Assembly (NCBI GenBank): GCA_965240325.2
Contig: OZ251226.1
Location: 3,224,001-3,288,000, forward strand
From: Rebecca billardiae RCC1528
Lineage: Eukaryota > Protista > Haptophyta
DNA: 64,000 nucleotides
Direction of reading: 5' to 3'
This document shows, piece after piece, positions 32,294 to 43,849 of this stretch. Position 1 is the first letter of the stretch. The number at the start of each line of letters is the position of its first letter. Both the position numbers and the translations under genes were made by a program. The notes beneath the pieces were generated by a model that saw nothing but the letters and a program-made list of their open reading frames with translations, did not search any database and was not told where the DNA came from.

Positions 32294-35200
32294 CGGCGCA
32301 GTTAACGGCGCAGGCGGCGCGCGGACGCACCGTGAGACTGATGAGCGGTCGTCGGGGCGCGACAGGTTGGTGTGAAACTCTCACTCTGTGCTGCGGCCCC
32401 TCGCAGTCAGACTGTTCGAGTCTTGATGAATGATGATGCGAATCATATTCAATTTCATCAGACGCGCGCGATTATATCGTCAATTAATAATCATCCCCCG
32501 GGGCCCGGGGCCGGTGGTGTCCCAGTGGCACGCGGTCGCGGACACGGCCTGGCACGGCCCGACGGGGCCTCAGACGTCAGTCGGACGGCGGATGGCGAAG
32601 TGCAGACAGTGGTATTGGTAACTATATAGCAGTATAAATAATTATAATTCATCTGCCTGCCACTGCGACAGCGGGCTCCGTCAGTCCGTGACTAGCGGCT
32701 GAGGAGTAGTCAGTCAGTAGTCAGTTCTCACTCTCAGCCTGCCCTCAGGCTCTGTCAGCAGTCAGGGAGTGACGTTCTGTGACTCAGCCTCATCAGGCAC
32801 CGGACCGCGCGGTGCCACTCGACCCGTTGCACGGGTGAGTGACCTGACTGTCCGCTGTCTGCCGACCGTACCGGTAGGGCGGTGAAAATGCGACGTACCG
32901 GTGAAAATCAGGTGCATCTAATCTCCCGTAACGGTCGAGCACCCCTCGCCGCAGCGCGACCCGCCGGCCGTTACAGGGCAATCAGAAGGCGGTGGGTGAA
33001 AAACTGAAAAACTCTGCCCTGGCGGGCGGGGGTCGGCGGGCCGTGCCAGTGCTGTCGCAATATTTCCCCAGCGGGTTCGCGCTGCTTTTATTTAGCGGTT
33101 TGACGGGCAGGATGACGAATACTACAATCGACACACAGATGATGGTGAGCTACCTGACTCACTGACGAATAATAACGCGACAGATGACTCTGGTGATCTC
33201 ACCGACAGTGTGATTGCGCGTGTATTCGTGCACCCACTCGGCGCTACTCGTCATCCCGGGTGCCGACAGCCGAGCCGTCGACTGTGCGCACGCACTGGCC
33301 AATAACTGATTGGCGTGCGACGGCGGCTTGCTTGTGACGCCTGACGGTGACGGTTCAATGTCCTCGGAGCTAAACAGTGGTGGCGGAGTGTGATGTCATG
33401 TTTCATTTGTTTAGGTCGTCTGGAAGTGCGGTGCGCGCGCGCGCAGTGCGAGAGCGTGTGCCACTCGCGATCGAGGGTGCCGGCACGCGCTGCTCGAGCA
33501 GGCACAGGAAGCGCAGCGCATGTGCCACTGGCTTCACGACGTCGGCCTCGTCCCGCAGCGCTCGTGACATGGTGGAGGATGGGGCGACAATGTTGCACGC
33601 TCGGCGTTTCAGCTCGTCGCGGATGCGCCTCTGGGATCGGTCAATCGGTCATAGCGCTGTGCGACGAGGGCCGCCGACTCGCCAAGACGCGGTTCCTTCC
33701 ACGGCTGCAAACCCGGGAGGTGCGTGCGGTGCGCGTCGTACGCCGCTTTGCGCTGCCCCTCCGTCGCATTGGTCACCGTCGGCGCCATGCAGGCCGGACG
33801 TGGGCCCTCGAGCGCCGAGCGATCTTTGGCCGCGAGCTCGCGAGCGCGAAACATGATCGCCCGCGCTGGAACACCACCGATCGTAGCAAACGGATTTGCA
33901 TGCGCCCGACCTTGCTGACCACTGGACCGGGGCACGCGACAGTCCGGTGTGTGGATTCCGGTTATGGTGTTCAGAAGGCCGCGCCAAATCTTGCGTCGCG
34001 TGCGATGGCGCTTCCCGCCCGCGAGACGCCTCGTGATGAGGGCCGTTCCGCACCGAGCCCGACGCGCGACGGTGAATCGAGCGAGGCGGCCATCGTGCGC
34101 AGCGCTTGATGCTATGGCCGGTGCGAGCTTTCGACGTGCACGTCAGGCGAGGATCGCCCCAGGTCGCACGATCGTGTCGACGCGCCGAGCGTACCGCTCC
34201 AAACGCGTCGATTTAGCCCCCGTTCGACCTGCACGCGAGACGACGAGGGCAGCAATCGCGAATCGGGCGAAAACCCCCCTCGGGAGTCTTCTCACGATGT
34301 CCGCTCCGGCGTTGGATTCGGCGCGCGCGGCCCACGCGCTCCGCGCCATCCAGGACTCTCTTTCGGCCGAGCGTCCCCAGTGGGAGCTGCGAGGGCGCCC
34401 GGTAGTGAGCGAAGCGACCCGGCAGTGAGCGAGGCGATTTTCTTTTCTTTGCGAGGCGATTTTCTTTTTTCCTTTTCTTTTTCTTATCCTTTTCCCGGGC
34501 ACTACAAGGGGCGGACCTACGGCCCGCCAACGGCCCGCCATACGGTTTTGCAACTAGCGCTGGGCGATGGCGGCCGGGCGCGACGAGCCGAGCGGATTGG
34601 TGCACGGGGAATCCAAATCCCCGTGCACCAATCCAATCCGTTTGTCGCCAGGTGGTGCCGTTGCCGATATCGAGCGAGCTGCAAAACCCTCAGCAGGTGG
34701 TCAAGAGAAGGAAACGGCCGAAACGGGGAGGGCTGCCCGCAGCGCGCGCGCCGCGGTGGGAAGAGAGAAGGGCTTGCCTCCCAACTGCAGCTTTGGCAGC
34801 GTTCCCTCTTGCGGCAGTGGAAGCCGACGACGAGGAGGATGACGACGCAGCTGCTGACGACTGCTGCGAATAAGCAGCAGCGGTGACACTCCGTGCGGTG
34901 CACAGCTGCCGCACCGCGCGCGCCGCGCGACTCGCTCGGACTGAGGACTCGGGTGATGGCGACAGCAGCACAGCAGTCCTCATGAAGACGATGAAGCTGC
35001 GTGCACGGGTGCACGAGGTGGCAGGCGAAAGCGCGCCGACGAGACAGCACTTGACACGCCTGAGCGCACGCCCATGCTCGCCGAGCGCGAGCGCTGCAAG
35101 TGCAACTACAGTGCGCGCCGCGCGGCACTAGTGGATGCAGGCTGTACTGCGGCACTGCGTCCGCGGTCATCGTCTCTTCACTTGTCGACTGCTGCTGCGG

Positions 35201-35649
35201 CGGGCCGGGGGCACTACCCGGCACGCGCGGCGTAGCGCGCTAAACGGAAGGTGATGGTAGTCGTCGGACGCACTGTCACTCACGCTCCCGCCGCCGCCGC
35301 CGCCGCCGGCAAGACTATCGTCACTCTAGTCTCTATCTAGGCCGCCGAAGTGTCGTTTTTTCGGCGCTCACGCTTGCAACGGGTCACTCCCTCAGACCCT
35401 CACCCTGTCTCCGCGCGGTGCGCCGACCGCCCGACACGGGCGACACTCGGGCGGACGCGGGACGGCCCGCGACCGGGCCGCGGGGCGGCGGAGCACGGGC
35501 CACGGCAGTGGCGCCCACCGTAGTGAGTGGTGGGCTTCACATCGGGCATTCGGGGCTCGGGCGGCACGGCTGCGACGGTGCTGCCCGCGAGTGCCGTGCT
35601 CAGGCTGCCCTGTAGCAATAAATATTCTTATTATTTTATTAAGCAACAT

Positions 35650-36992
35650 TTTGGCCCGCGGTGCAGGGCGGAGCGCGCAGCGTGGAGCCCGCACTGCGGG
35701 CCCGAACCACGTTTCAAAAAGATCTTTGATCAAGAAACTGAAGGGACGGGGGGCGCGATTTTTAGGGCTGGCGGAGGCCGCCGAGTTTCGAGTTTTTGAG
35801 ATCGCATAGAGAGGTCTATTAGGCCGAAAAAGAGCGCGCCCACGATATTCCCTAAGTAAAGTGCGATCTGGGCGTGAGCCGGACGTGACTTTAGCGTAAC
35901 GGTTCGTTACGAGCGAATCGTATTCGTCGTCCCGGATCGCGTGACGTCCGGACTGGGCCACATCGTCATCCAGCGGATCGTCGGAGGTGACGTGCGGCCC
36001 GGCACGGCCACGATGGCGGATGGCGGGACCAACCCCTGCCTGGCTGCGAGCGCGCCTGCACGTGCCTCCGGACCCGCCTCCCGCTTGCTGCTCACGCAGT
36101 CAGCTGCGACCGTGGCGCATGATCGCAGAAGCAGTGCCGGCAGTACGGCCTGCATCAGAGTCTAGCTAGTGCCGCGCCGTCGAGTGGCGCGCGCGGTAGT
36201 TGCGCGTTTGCAGGCGCGTGGCGCCCGCTCGGCGACGGCACGCGCGTGCGGCTCAGATGTGTCAAATGCGGTCTCGTCGGCGCGCTTTCGCCTGCCACCT
36301 CGTGCACCCGTGCCGCCAGTTTCATCGTCTTCATGAGGACTGCTGCTGCTGTCGCCAGTCCGCTCTCCATCACCCCGAGTCGCGCGGCGCGCGCGCCTAG
36401 GCACTGGGCGTACTCGGTCACTCATCCGTGCAACGGGTCAAGTGGCCAGAGTACATCTGGTCGTTGGCTGGCACGGGCCGCAGCGCTAAAGCACCCTGCT
36501 GTCACACCCGACTCCTTCAGTACTCCGAGCTCCGCGGCACGACTCACTCGGCACGATCGCGGACGGGTCGGATCCGAGCTGATCAGCCAGAGTTGGACAG
36601 TTTGGCAGCTACTAGTAGTAATAGTTTTCAGACGGACGTCCGATGCCGATGGCACGATCGTGGACGGGTCGGATCCGAGCTGATCAGCCAGTTGGACATT
36701 TGGCAGCTAGTTGTCAGACGGACGTCCGATTTCACTCGGGATTTGACGACCGGTGCCGGGTGCGGTCTCAGACTCAGGTCCGCTGCTGTGATTATTGTGT
36801 GAAGTGTGAATGAGTCTCGCGGTCGCGCAGGCAGGGCGACGGTCGGACTAATAGCTTCAGTCATCTCAGAACCGACTTCAACTGGCGAACTGCCACTACG
36901 GCGGAGAGCCGCGATTGCACGGCCACCGCGGGCCCCCAACTGCGTTGATTCTAATTTCTATGCAGAAAAGGACCGCGGAACGCGGTCATATT
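35650..36992 (+). mobile_element. Non-autonomous Helentron/Helitron2-like element, copy C (~1.34 kb)
   Basis: GGCCCGCGGTGCAG at 35653-35666; CACCGCGGGCC at 36924-36934; hairpin at 36971-36987 followed by ATAT. The first ~250 bp align with copy A. Confidence 0.7.
36551..36730. repeat. Two-copy tandem repeat (~100 and ~80 bp) inside copy C
   Basis: GCACGATCG(C/T)GGACGGGTCGGATCCGAGCTGATCAGCCAG...TCAGACGGACGTCCGAT occurs twice. Confidence 0.9.
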
Positions 36993-37570
36993 AACAATCG
37001 ACCACAGTCGGTCGTGTGATGTGATTGGCGGCTGCAGTGCTGAGTGCACCCAGATTTACCAGTGCCGAGAGCGGAGGCGAGACGTCAGACTCAGAGTGGC
37101 AGACAGTGACAGTCGGACAGACTGTGAGACGTGAGTCGGTGAGACGCCTGTGACGACTGCCACAATGCCACTGGCCCAATAGTGACTGCTGACTGGCGGA
37201 ACTTTGAAGAAATAATAACTGCGGAAGCACTGATCATCAGGGGACTGGGGAGACTGAAGACTGATGACGAGTGAATGCGGCGCCGCCGCCGGCTATTTGA
37301 TCTGAGACTGACGAGTGTCTCTGCAAATCAGACTCTTTGGCCTGATTAGTAGTGATTGTGATACTATGATAGTTGTAGCGCTAGTCAGAGTAGTCTGATT
37401 CTCGTGCGACCGGCACGGCACGCCCGGTGATTTGCCGGCCGAGCTGAGCTCCCGACCGACCGGCGGCGAAAGACCGTTGGTTCACTTGGTCCAAGTTGAA
37501 AGTGGACTCGCAGCGGGGAGCGCGGCATCACGGTGGAGCGGTGAGTACTGACGTGCGCGGTGCGAGCGCC

Positions 37571-38917
37571 ATGCCATTCCCCTTCCACGAGAGTCAGCTG
37601 CCCGTCAAGCTGATTCCGCAGCACGGCCCGTGGTTCCAGCTCGGCTGCCTCTCCTTCCTCTCGGCGGGCATCTTTGCAGACATGCTGCTCGTTCGCCTGT
37701 TTCTGTCGTGCGCTTACCTGTTCAACCTGCTCAACGCGCTGACAGACTTCCAGAACTGGCCGTTCGTGGCACCTGACGCGACCCGTCAGTATACCATCTC
37801 GATAGATGCGCTTTGCTGGGCCGCGGTCGGGCTGTACGTCCACGGCTCGGCGTTCATCGCGCTGCTGCGCGACGAGCGGCGCGTGCCGCTCTCTGAGGAC
37901 GCGGAGGCGCTGTGGCGCATGTTCTACCGGCGCTCGGGCATCTCGCGCCTGCTCTTCCAGACGCAGATCCTCGCGCACGGCGAGTTTCGCGAGTACGAGC
38001 GCGGCGCGGTCATCGTAGGCGACGAGGTGGACGAGCCGGAGCGCGTGCACATCATCATGCAGGGCTCTGTGCAGGCGCGCGTCGACGTCTCCGAGCGCTC
38101 GGCCATCAAGCTGCGGCTGCTCTCGGGCGAAATTTTTGAGTTCCGCCACCTGCACGAGCTCGGCATCCACGCCGGCTTTCGGGACCGCCAGATGCACGCG
38201 ACCGCCACCAGCGCCGTGCGCACCTTCTCGCTGAGCGTGTCCTCGCTGCAGACGATGGCCAAGGGGCCGGCGGCAATCCGGCACGCGTGGCACGCGGTGC
38301 TGTGCGCAATGATCGCGCGCTCGGCAGAGCGCTTCTACCCGGGATCGCACGAGCGGCAGGCGGAGAAGGCGAAGCAGCAGCTCGCGGGCGAGGAGCTCGA
38401 GCACTGGCGCGACCCCGCCTTCCGCGAGCTCGAGGACGACGAGTGGCCGGCGCCCAGCTCTCCAGGCTCGGGCGCGTGCCTGAGTGCGCCGCTCACCAAC
38501 TTTGCAGCGATCCTGGCGAAAACATTCTCGCCGCCGTGGCCCTTCAAGCGCCCATTCACGGGCTTGCGGCACAGCGCGATGACCACGCTGCCCCAGGCGT
38601 TCAAGCAGCACCATGTGGCCGAGACCAGCCGCGTGGTGCGCTGCCTGCCCTCCCACCGTGCGTCAATCACAAGCGACTACCACCCGGAGCCAGAGGCACG
38701 CGATGCGCCCATGCCTCGCGCCAGCCTGTTTGACGCGCTGCCGTTCGGCCGCGGCCGTGGGCCTGCTGGGGCGCGCCCCGTCGAAGCGGGTGCGGCTGAC
38801 CTCGAGGCGCGGCTGGATGAAGGTCTCCTCCCGGCAAGCGCTGATGCGCCCAGGCCTCGCGCCAGCCTGTTTGACGCGTTGCCGTTCAGCGGCCGCGGCC
38901 GCGCGCCTCCTGCCTGA
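37571..38917 (+). CDS. Popeye-domain-like membrane protein (3 TM + CNB-like domain)
   Basis: FQLGCLSFLSAGIFADMLLVRLFL, CWAAVGLYVH, RDERRVPLSEDAEALWRMFY, YERGAVIV...VHIIMQGSV...LLSGEIF. Duplicated C-terminal PRASLFDALPF motif. Confidence 0.75.
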   Translation: MPFPFHESQLPVKLIPQHGPWFQLGCLSFLSAGIFADMLLVRLFLSCAYLFNLLNALTDFQNWPFVAPDATRQYTISIDALCWAAVGLYVHGSAFIALLRDERRVPLSEDAEALWRMFYRRSGISRLLFQTQILAHGEFREYERGAVIVGDEVDEPERVHIIMQGSVQARVDVSERSAIKLRLLSGEIFEFRHLHELGIHAGFRDRQMHATATSAVRTFSLSVSSLQTMAKGPAAIRHAWHAVLCAMIARSAERFYPGSHERQAEKAKQQLAGEELEHWRDPAFRELEDDEWPAPSSPGSGACLSAPLTNFAAILAKTFSPPWPFKRPFTGLRHSAMTTLPQAFKQHHVAETSRVVRCLPSHRASITSDYHPEPEARDAPMPRASLFDALPFGRGRGPAGARPVEAGAADLEARLDEGLLPASADAPRPRASLFDALPFSGRGRAPPA

Positions 38918-39755
38918 CTGGCGGGGCGGGGCGCGCCCCGTCGAATCGCGTGTGATGCTGATGACAACTTCGGGCACCAGCAATGAGACTCGCGGCTACG
39001 ACGACTGCTGCCGAGTTTGCTGAGCCCCGGTCAGTGACCGAGCGGTGTTCACTGACTCAAAGCCGGGCACTGTTGTGACTATATGTGGCGTTATAGGGAA
39101 CGATCAGGCTTCGCTCTCGGGGGCGCCATGGGGCTGCTCACGACGAAGGCGCCGAGCTGGGCAAGGGAATCGCCTGCATCGGGCACTGCCGGGTGCACGC
39201 TCCGCTGCAGGAGGTGCACCGCAGTCGCCGCAGCCCCTCTGCTCGGTAAGGTCGCTGGCTGGCTGGCTGGCTGTGTGGCCCGGCTCCCCGCCTGATCGTT
39301 CGGCGGCGCGACGTCATCATCTGTCTTCGCCGCGTCGCCCCTCATGCAATGGTCTCTTGCTCTCGCCGCTGTCGCGTCAACCCGCACGCTTCATCGTTTG
39401 CCCGCCCGCCCACCCTCGGCCTCTGGCGAATATGGTAGCACTGCAGTGTCAGCGAGCCATCAGCCTTAATCGACCTTGCTCAGTGACTGACGACTCGCGG
39501 GCGCCCTCTCGACCTCGGGCAGCAGCTCAACCGCACGCCGCTGCCAGCGCCCGCTGTCGTTCGTTGCTCAAATCCCAACATAGCTAACCTGATCGTTCCA
39601 TGATTGATCGTCGTGGTCGTCTACTCCACGACGCCGCGCGCCGCGACCATCCAGCTCCAGAGTCCATTCGTACCCGACGCCTTGTACGAGCCGGGCATGG
39701 CGGAGTGGCTAGACATATATATATATATACAGTTATAGTCGTCATCCGCCGGAGT

Positions 39756-41982
39756 CTAGCAGCTGCTAACGGCGACGCCACCCGCTCGCTGGTTGATCAG
39801 GAGCACTGCGTGGTGCACCTGGTGCGGCGCGCCGCTCAGCCGGATCTCGCGCTCGTCCGAGCCCGGCTGCGCAGCCTCGATCTTGACGCACGCGCCCGAC
39901 AGCTCGCGCACGCCCTGCACACCCGCGCCGCCGCGGCCAATGATGCGCCCGACCACGGAGCGCGGCACGCGATGCAGCAGCTGCACGGGGGTGTGCATGT
40001 CCGCGGCGGCGGCCGCCGCCGCGTGCGCGTACGCGCCGCCGTCGCCCTGCGCCGCGCCCAGCATGCCCGCTGCGCTGAGGCCAAGCATCTCGTCGTAGTA
40101 CTGGTGGCCGCCCGCGCCCAGCTGCTGCAGCGGCTGCGGCGGCGGCGGGTAGGGCGCGCCGCCGGCCGGGCCGGCCGCGCCGAGCATCGCGAGCTCGGCT
40201 GGGGGCGTGGCCATGCGCGGGGCCAGCTGCACGCCGCCGTACGTCACGCCGTGCTCGGCGCCGTGCGGGTGCATCCCGGACGGCACCCACGCGGCCGCGT
40301 GCGCCGCGTGCGCCGCGTGCGCCGCGTGCGCCGCGTGCGCGTGCCACTGCGGGGGCACGCTCCAGCCCAGGGGCGGCGCGTGGCCGTGCGGCGAGGGCGA
40401 CATCAACGGCGACATCGGCGGCTGCGGCGGCATGGCCGGCCCGTACCCGCCCAGCCCCTGCGTCGGCGCGTAGGTCGGCCCCTGCGGCGGCTGCGGGCTG
40501 GGCGGCCCAAGCGAGCTGCCGCCAACAAGTCCGGCCGCGGCCGCGGCGGCTGCTGCGGCTGCGGCCGCGGCGGTGTCCGCGGCCATCGCGGATTCGGCTG
40601 CCTGCCACTGCGCCGCGGCGGCGGCGGCCGCTGCGGCGGCGGCGTTCGAGTGCGCGTTCGAGTGCGCGAGGCCAGACGGCACGACCGGGCTCGGCCGGCG
40701 GTGCGAGATGCCCTGGCCGGCGGCGCCGCCGTGCGCGCCCCGTCCGCCGCCCTTGTGCGCCTGTGCAAAGGCGCCCGCCTCTGCCAGCTGCTGCAGCACG
40801 AGCCGGAAGGCCATCAGCATGGACGGGCGCGTGCCTGTCACGGTGAGCGAGCGCTCAGTCGAGCCGCCGCCGCCCGGCGCGTGCCCCGGCGCGGCGGCCG
40901 CCGCCTCGACCGCGCCCGCGGCTTGCGGGGCAGTCGGCGCCGAGTCGACCCGAATCATGGCGCCTGGATGCATCGCGCAGCGGGGGCGGGCGCGTGGGGC
41001 AGGTCAGGCCGTCGGTCGGCCGCGGTCGGCCGCGGTCGGCGAGGCGGCGAGAAGGGGCGACGCGCGCGCGCAGGCGCCACACCTGACTGCTGGCGGGTGG
41101 CAGCGATGCGCGCGCCGCCCTTCCCGATGAGCGCGCCGGCGAGCGCACTGCCGACGAGCGCGCGCAGCGTGAGCTGCACGCTGCCCTCGCTCGCGCCGCC
41201 ACCGCCGAGGGCTGCGGGCGCGCCGTGCAGGCTGTGGCCCCAGGACTGCTCCTCCGCCGGAGCGTGCGCATGGTTCGCCGCGGGCGCGCCTGCCACGCAC
41301 AGCTCGGCCGGCGGGTGCCCCATACCCGTGCCGTCGGCCGCGCCGTGCAGGCTCGCACCCGTCGCATGCGACGGCGCGCTCGCCGGCGTGGCGTACTTTG
41401 CGAGCGAGCTGCGCATGGTGGCGAGGAGGGCACGCTCCAGGACGGCGAGCATGGCGGCAAGCGTGACGAGCACCGCCTCAAACGGCCCGCTCAGCGTCAC
41501 CGTGCGCGGGTGCGTCGCGGCCGGCGCGCCCCCTTGCCCGGGCGGCGCAGACGCGGGCGTCGTGCCGAGCGAGCTGATGCTGATCTTGCACCCGGGGCAC
41601 AGCCTGCGCAGCTCGGAGACGGTGGTGCCGCCCTTGCCGATCAGGCAGCTCACCTCGGAGTGCGGCACGCACAGCTTGATGTACGCGTCGTCGCCTGCGC
41701 CCACGCAGCCGGAGGTCCGCGCGCGGCGCGTGAGCTCCTCCTCGCGCTGGCGCCGGAGCCGCCGTGGCAGGTCTGCCACCGCGCGCGCGGTGTGGGGGGC
41801 GCGGGTGGGGGCGGGGGCCGGGCATGCACTCCGAGGGAGCCCTCGCGCGAGTGCACAGGCGCACCTGCTCCATGCCCGTATCCCTCGAGCGCTGCAAGAT
41901 CGGCGAGGGCGAACTCGCCGTACGCGACAGGCGGGAGCGCGAGGCTCAGGTCGGGGCGGCCAATCCACTCGTGCGGCGACAT
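39756..41982 (-). CDS. Triple-KH-domain RNA-binding protein (Nova/PCBP-like); introns 41864-41773 and 41082-40964; 5' end uncertain
   Basis: KH GxxG loops SCLIGKGG, GALIGKGG, GRIIGRGG; long Ala/Pro/His low-complexity linker before KH3. Confidence 0.85.
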
Positions 41983-43021
41983 GCGCCGTGTGCAGTGAGC
42001 AGAACCGGAGCACGCAAGCGCGTCGAAATGGGGTGTTGTTGATGCCCTGCGCCGCCTCCGGGAGACTCCACCAGCGCTCAAGCCGCTCGCCCAACCGGAG
42101 GAGGGCTGCGGCGTGACGCGTCCGAGGGGCGTCACCCGGCGCGCGAGCGCGGTGACCGCGCGCGGTGGCGGCACGAAGCGGGCACAGGGAGCAAGGGACG
42201 GTAGGCAGGGGTAAGTGCGAGTCGCCGTGAGCTCGCGCGCGCTCTGAGGCCCGTCTCACACCGCCACGCTTCGCTCGGCACGCGCGATGCGACGCTGGTA
42301 ATGAAAGGGGCAACACGCACCCGGCCAAGCAGAGTGCTTTCACGAGCAGCACCTCGCTCCGCAGCCGGGGTCCGAGGCCACCGATTCTTGCTCGACTTGC
42401 GACCGTGCGTGGCGCGCTTGCGTGCGCGGAGTGCGCGCGCCCCCTTCAAGGCCTTCGCTAGGCCTCTGGCGGCTCCCAATCTGTAAATCATTGCGGAAAT
42501 GCTCTGGCCCGGAAGCGGTGGAAGCTCCGCTCGAAAGAATAGGTGGCGATTCCTCCTCGCTCCTCGCTAAATCACGGTATTCGCCTCAAGTTGGGTAGAT
42601 TCACCCAGCAGTAGGACAATCAACATCACACTAAGTTTTACAATGACATGTACTTGCGTGCTACTTTTCGAGCCCAAACTTAATTTCGAAGGCACTCAAC
42701 TTGGGTGAAGAGGTTGTTCAATCCCAAATGTTCATACCCGGCGATTGTAGTGCATCGCCTTCGGACTGTGCATCCGGACAATCATGTGTTAAAACTTCTG
42801 AACAGGGGAAGTTTAGGTGAGATTCGTCCCACTGTCATTGACGAGTCCCTAATCCTTTTGTTTAGCCATATAAGATCGCAAAATGAGTAAGTTTTTTCAA
42901 GTGGCATTTTCCGATCGGCTCGGAGGTAATGACAGTCACACTACCCCCATATCTAAAAGGTGACGAGCGGCTAAAGTCACGGGCTAAAGTACTTCATTCT
43001 CACTGGTGGCCAAGGTAGTAG

Positions 43022-43759
43022 TTAGCGCCTCAGCGGCCGCGGCCCCACCTTGGCGGCCACGATGCGACTATCGGTCAGCTGGAAGCGGAATGCGCATAGG
43101 GACTCGTCGACTAGCTCGAGCGGGAACACGGAGAAAGGCTCGATCATGCCGAGCCGGCCGATCGCTCCGACGAGCTCGCCGGCAAGGTCGGACTGCGGCT
43201 CGGGGTTGGGCTCGGCCGCCCGCCCAGGAGTCCACCAAATGTCGGACCAGATGACGCGAACGGCGCTGGCGTCGATCGGCTCCCATCGGCCCCGCGTCGA
43301 CAGCCAGCCCTGCCCCCACGGCGCACCGGCGTAGCGGACGTGTGACTCGATACCGTCGTCGTTGTCGAGCACATATGTGACCTCAAACGTGACGCCGAGC
43401 AGCGAGGCAATGCGCTCGATGTGCGGCGCGTGCACCACGCGCCAGGTGCCATCAGCGAGCGTGCCGCCTGGGTACCGCGCTGGCTCGGCGGGCGGCGGCC
43501 GCTCGGCGAGGAAGCGGTCCAACAGCATGTCCGCGCGCTCCGATGCACTGGGCGTGACGGAAGCGCCCAGCGCAACCCTCACCGCCGGCTGCCCCGTGCG
43601 TGAATCGGCGGCCACTCGTCCGTCCAGCAGCGCAGACCGGAGCTCTTTGACAGACGCGATCGATCCCAGCGCTGCCACGCGCAGTGGAGTCCCCCCGGCG
43701 AGGAGAAGGACAGCTAGATGACCTATGCTTCTCCGTGCACGGGCGGCATGATGCACCAT
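43022..43759 (-). CDS. PAP/fibrillin-like (lipocalin-fold) protein, putatively plastid-targeted
   Basis: Signal-like LAVLLLAGG; LADGTWRVVHAP lipocalin motif; GWLSTRG; VRVIWSDIWW. Confidence 0.6.
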   Translation of the reverse strand: MVHHAARARRSIGHLAVLLLAGGTPLRVAALGSIASVKELRSALLDGRVAADSRTGQPAVRVALGASVTPSASERADMLLDRFLAERPPPAEPARYPGGTLADGTWRVVHAPHIERIASLLGVTFEVTYVLDNDDGIESHVRYAGAPWGQGWLSTRGRWEPIDASAVRVIWSDIWWTPGRAAEPNPEPQSDLAGELVGAIGRLGMIEPFSVFPLELVDESLCAFRFQLTDSRIVAAKVGPRPLRR

Positions 43760-43849
43760 CGTGCGCAATCTCACGAGCGTCCCGGGCTCAGTGACCGCAA
43801 ATCGCCTCTCGACTCTCGAGTCTCGGCTGTCTCCCCGACCTTGTGAATC

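Noticed and set aside
33240-34430. Possible decayed coding sequence
   Set aside because: No recognisable motif in any frame; cannot assign.
40293-40340. 9-bp tandem repeat
   Set aside because: It encodes the (HAA)n low-complexity linker of the KH protein.
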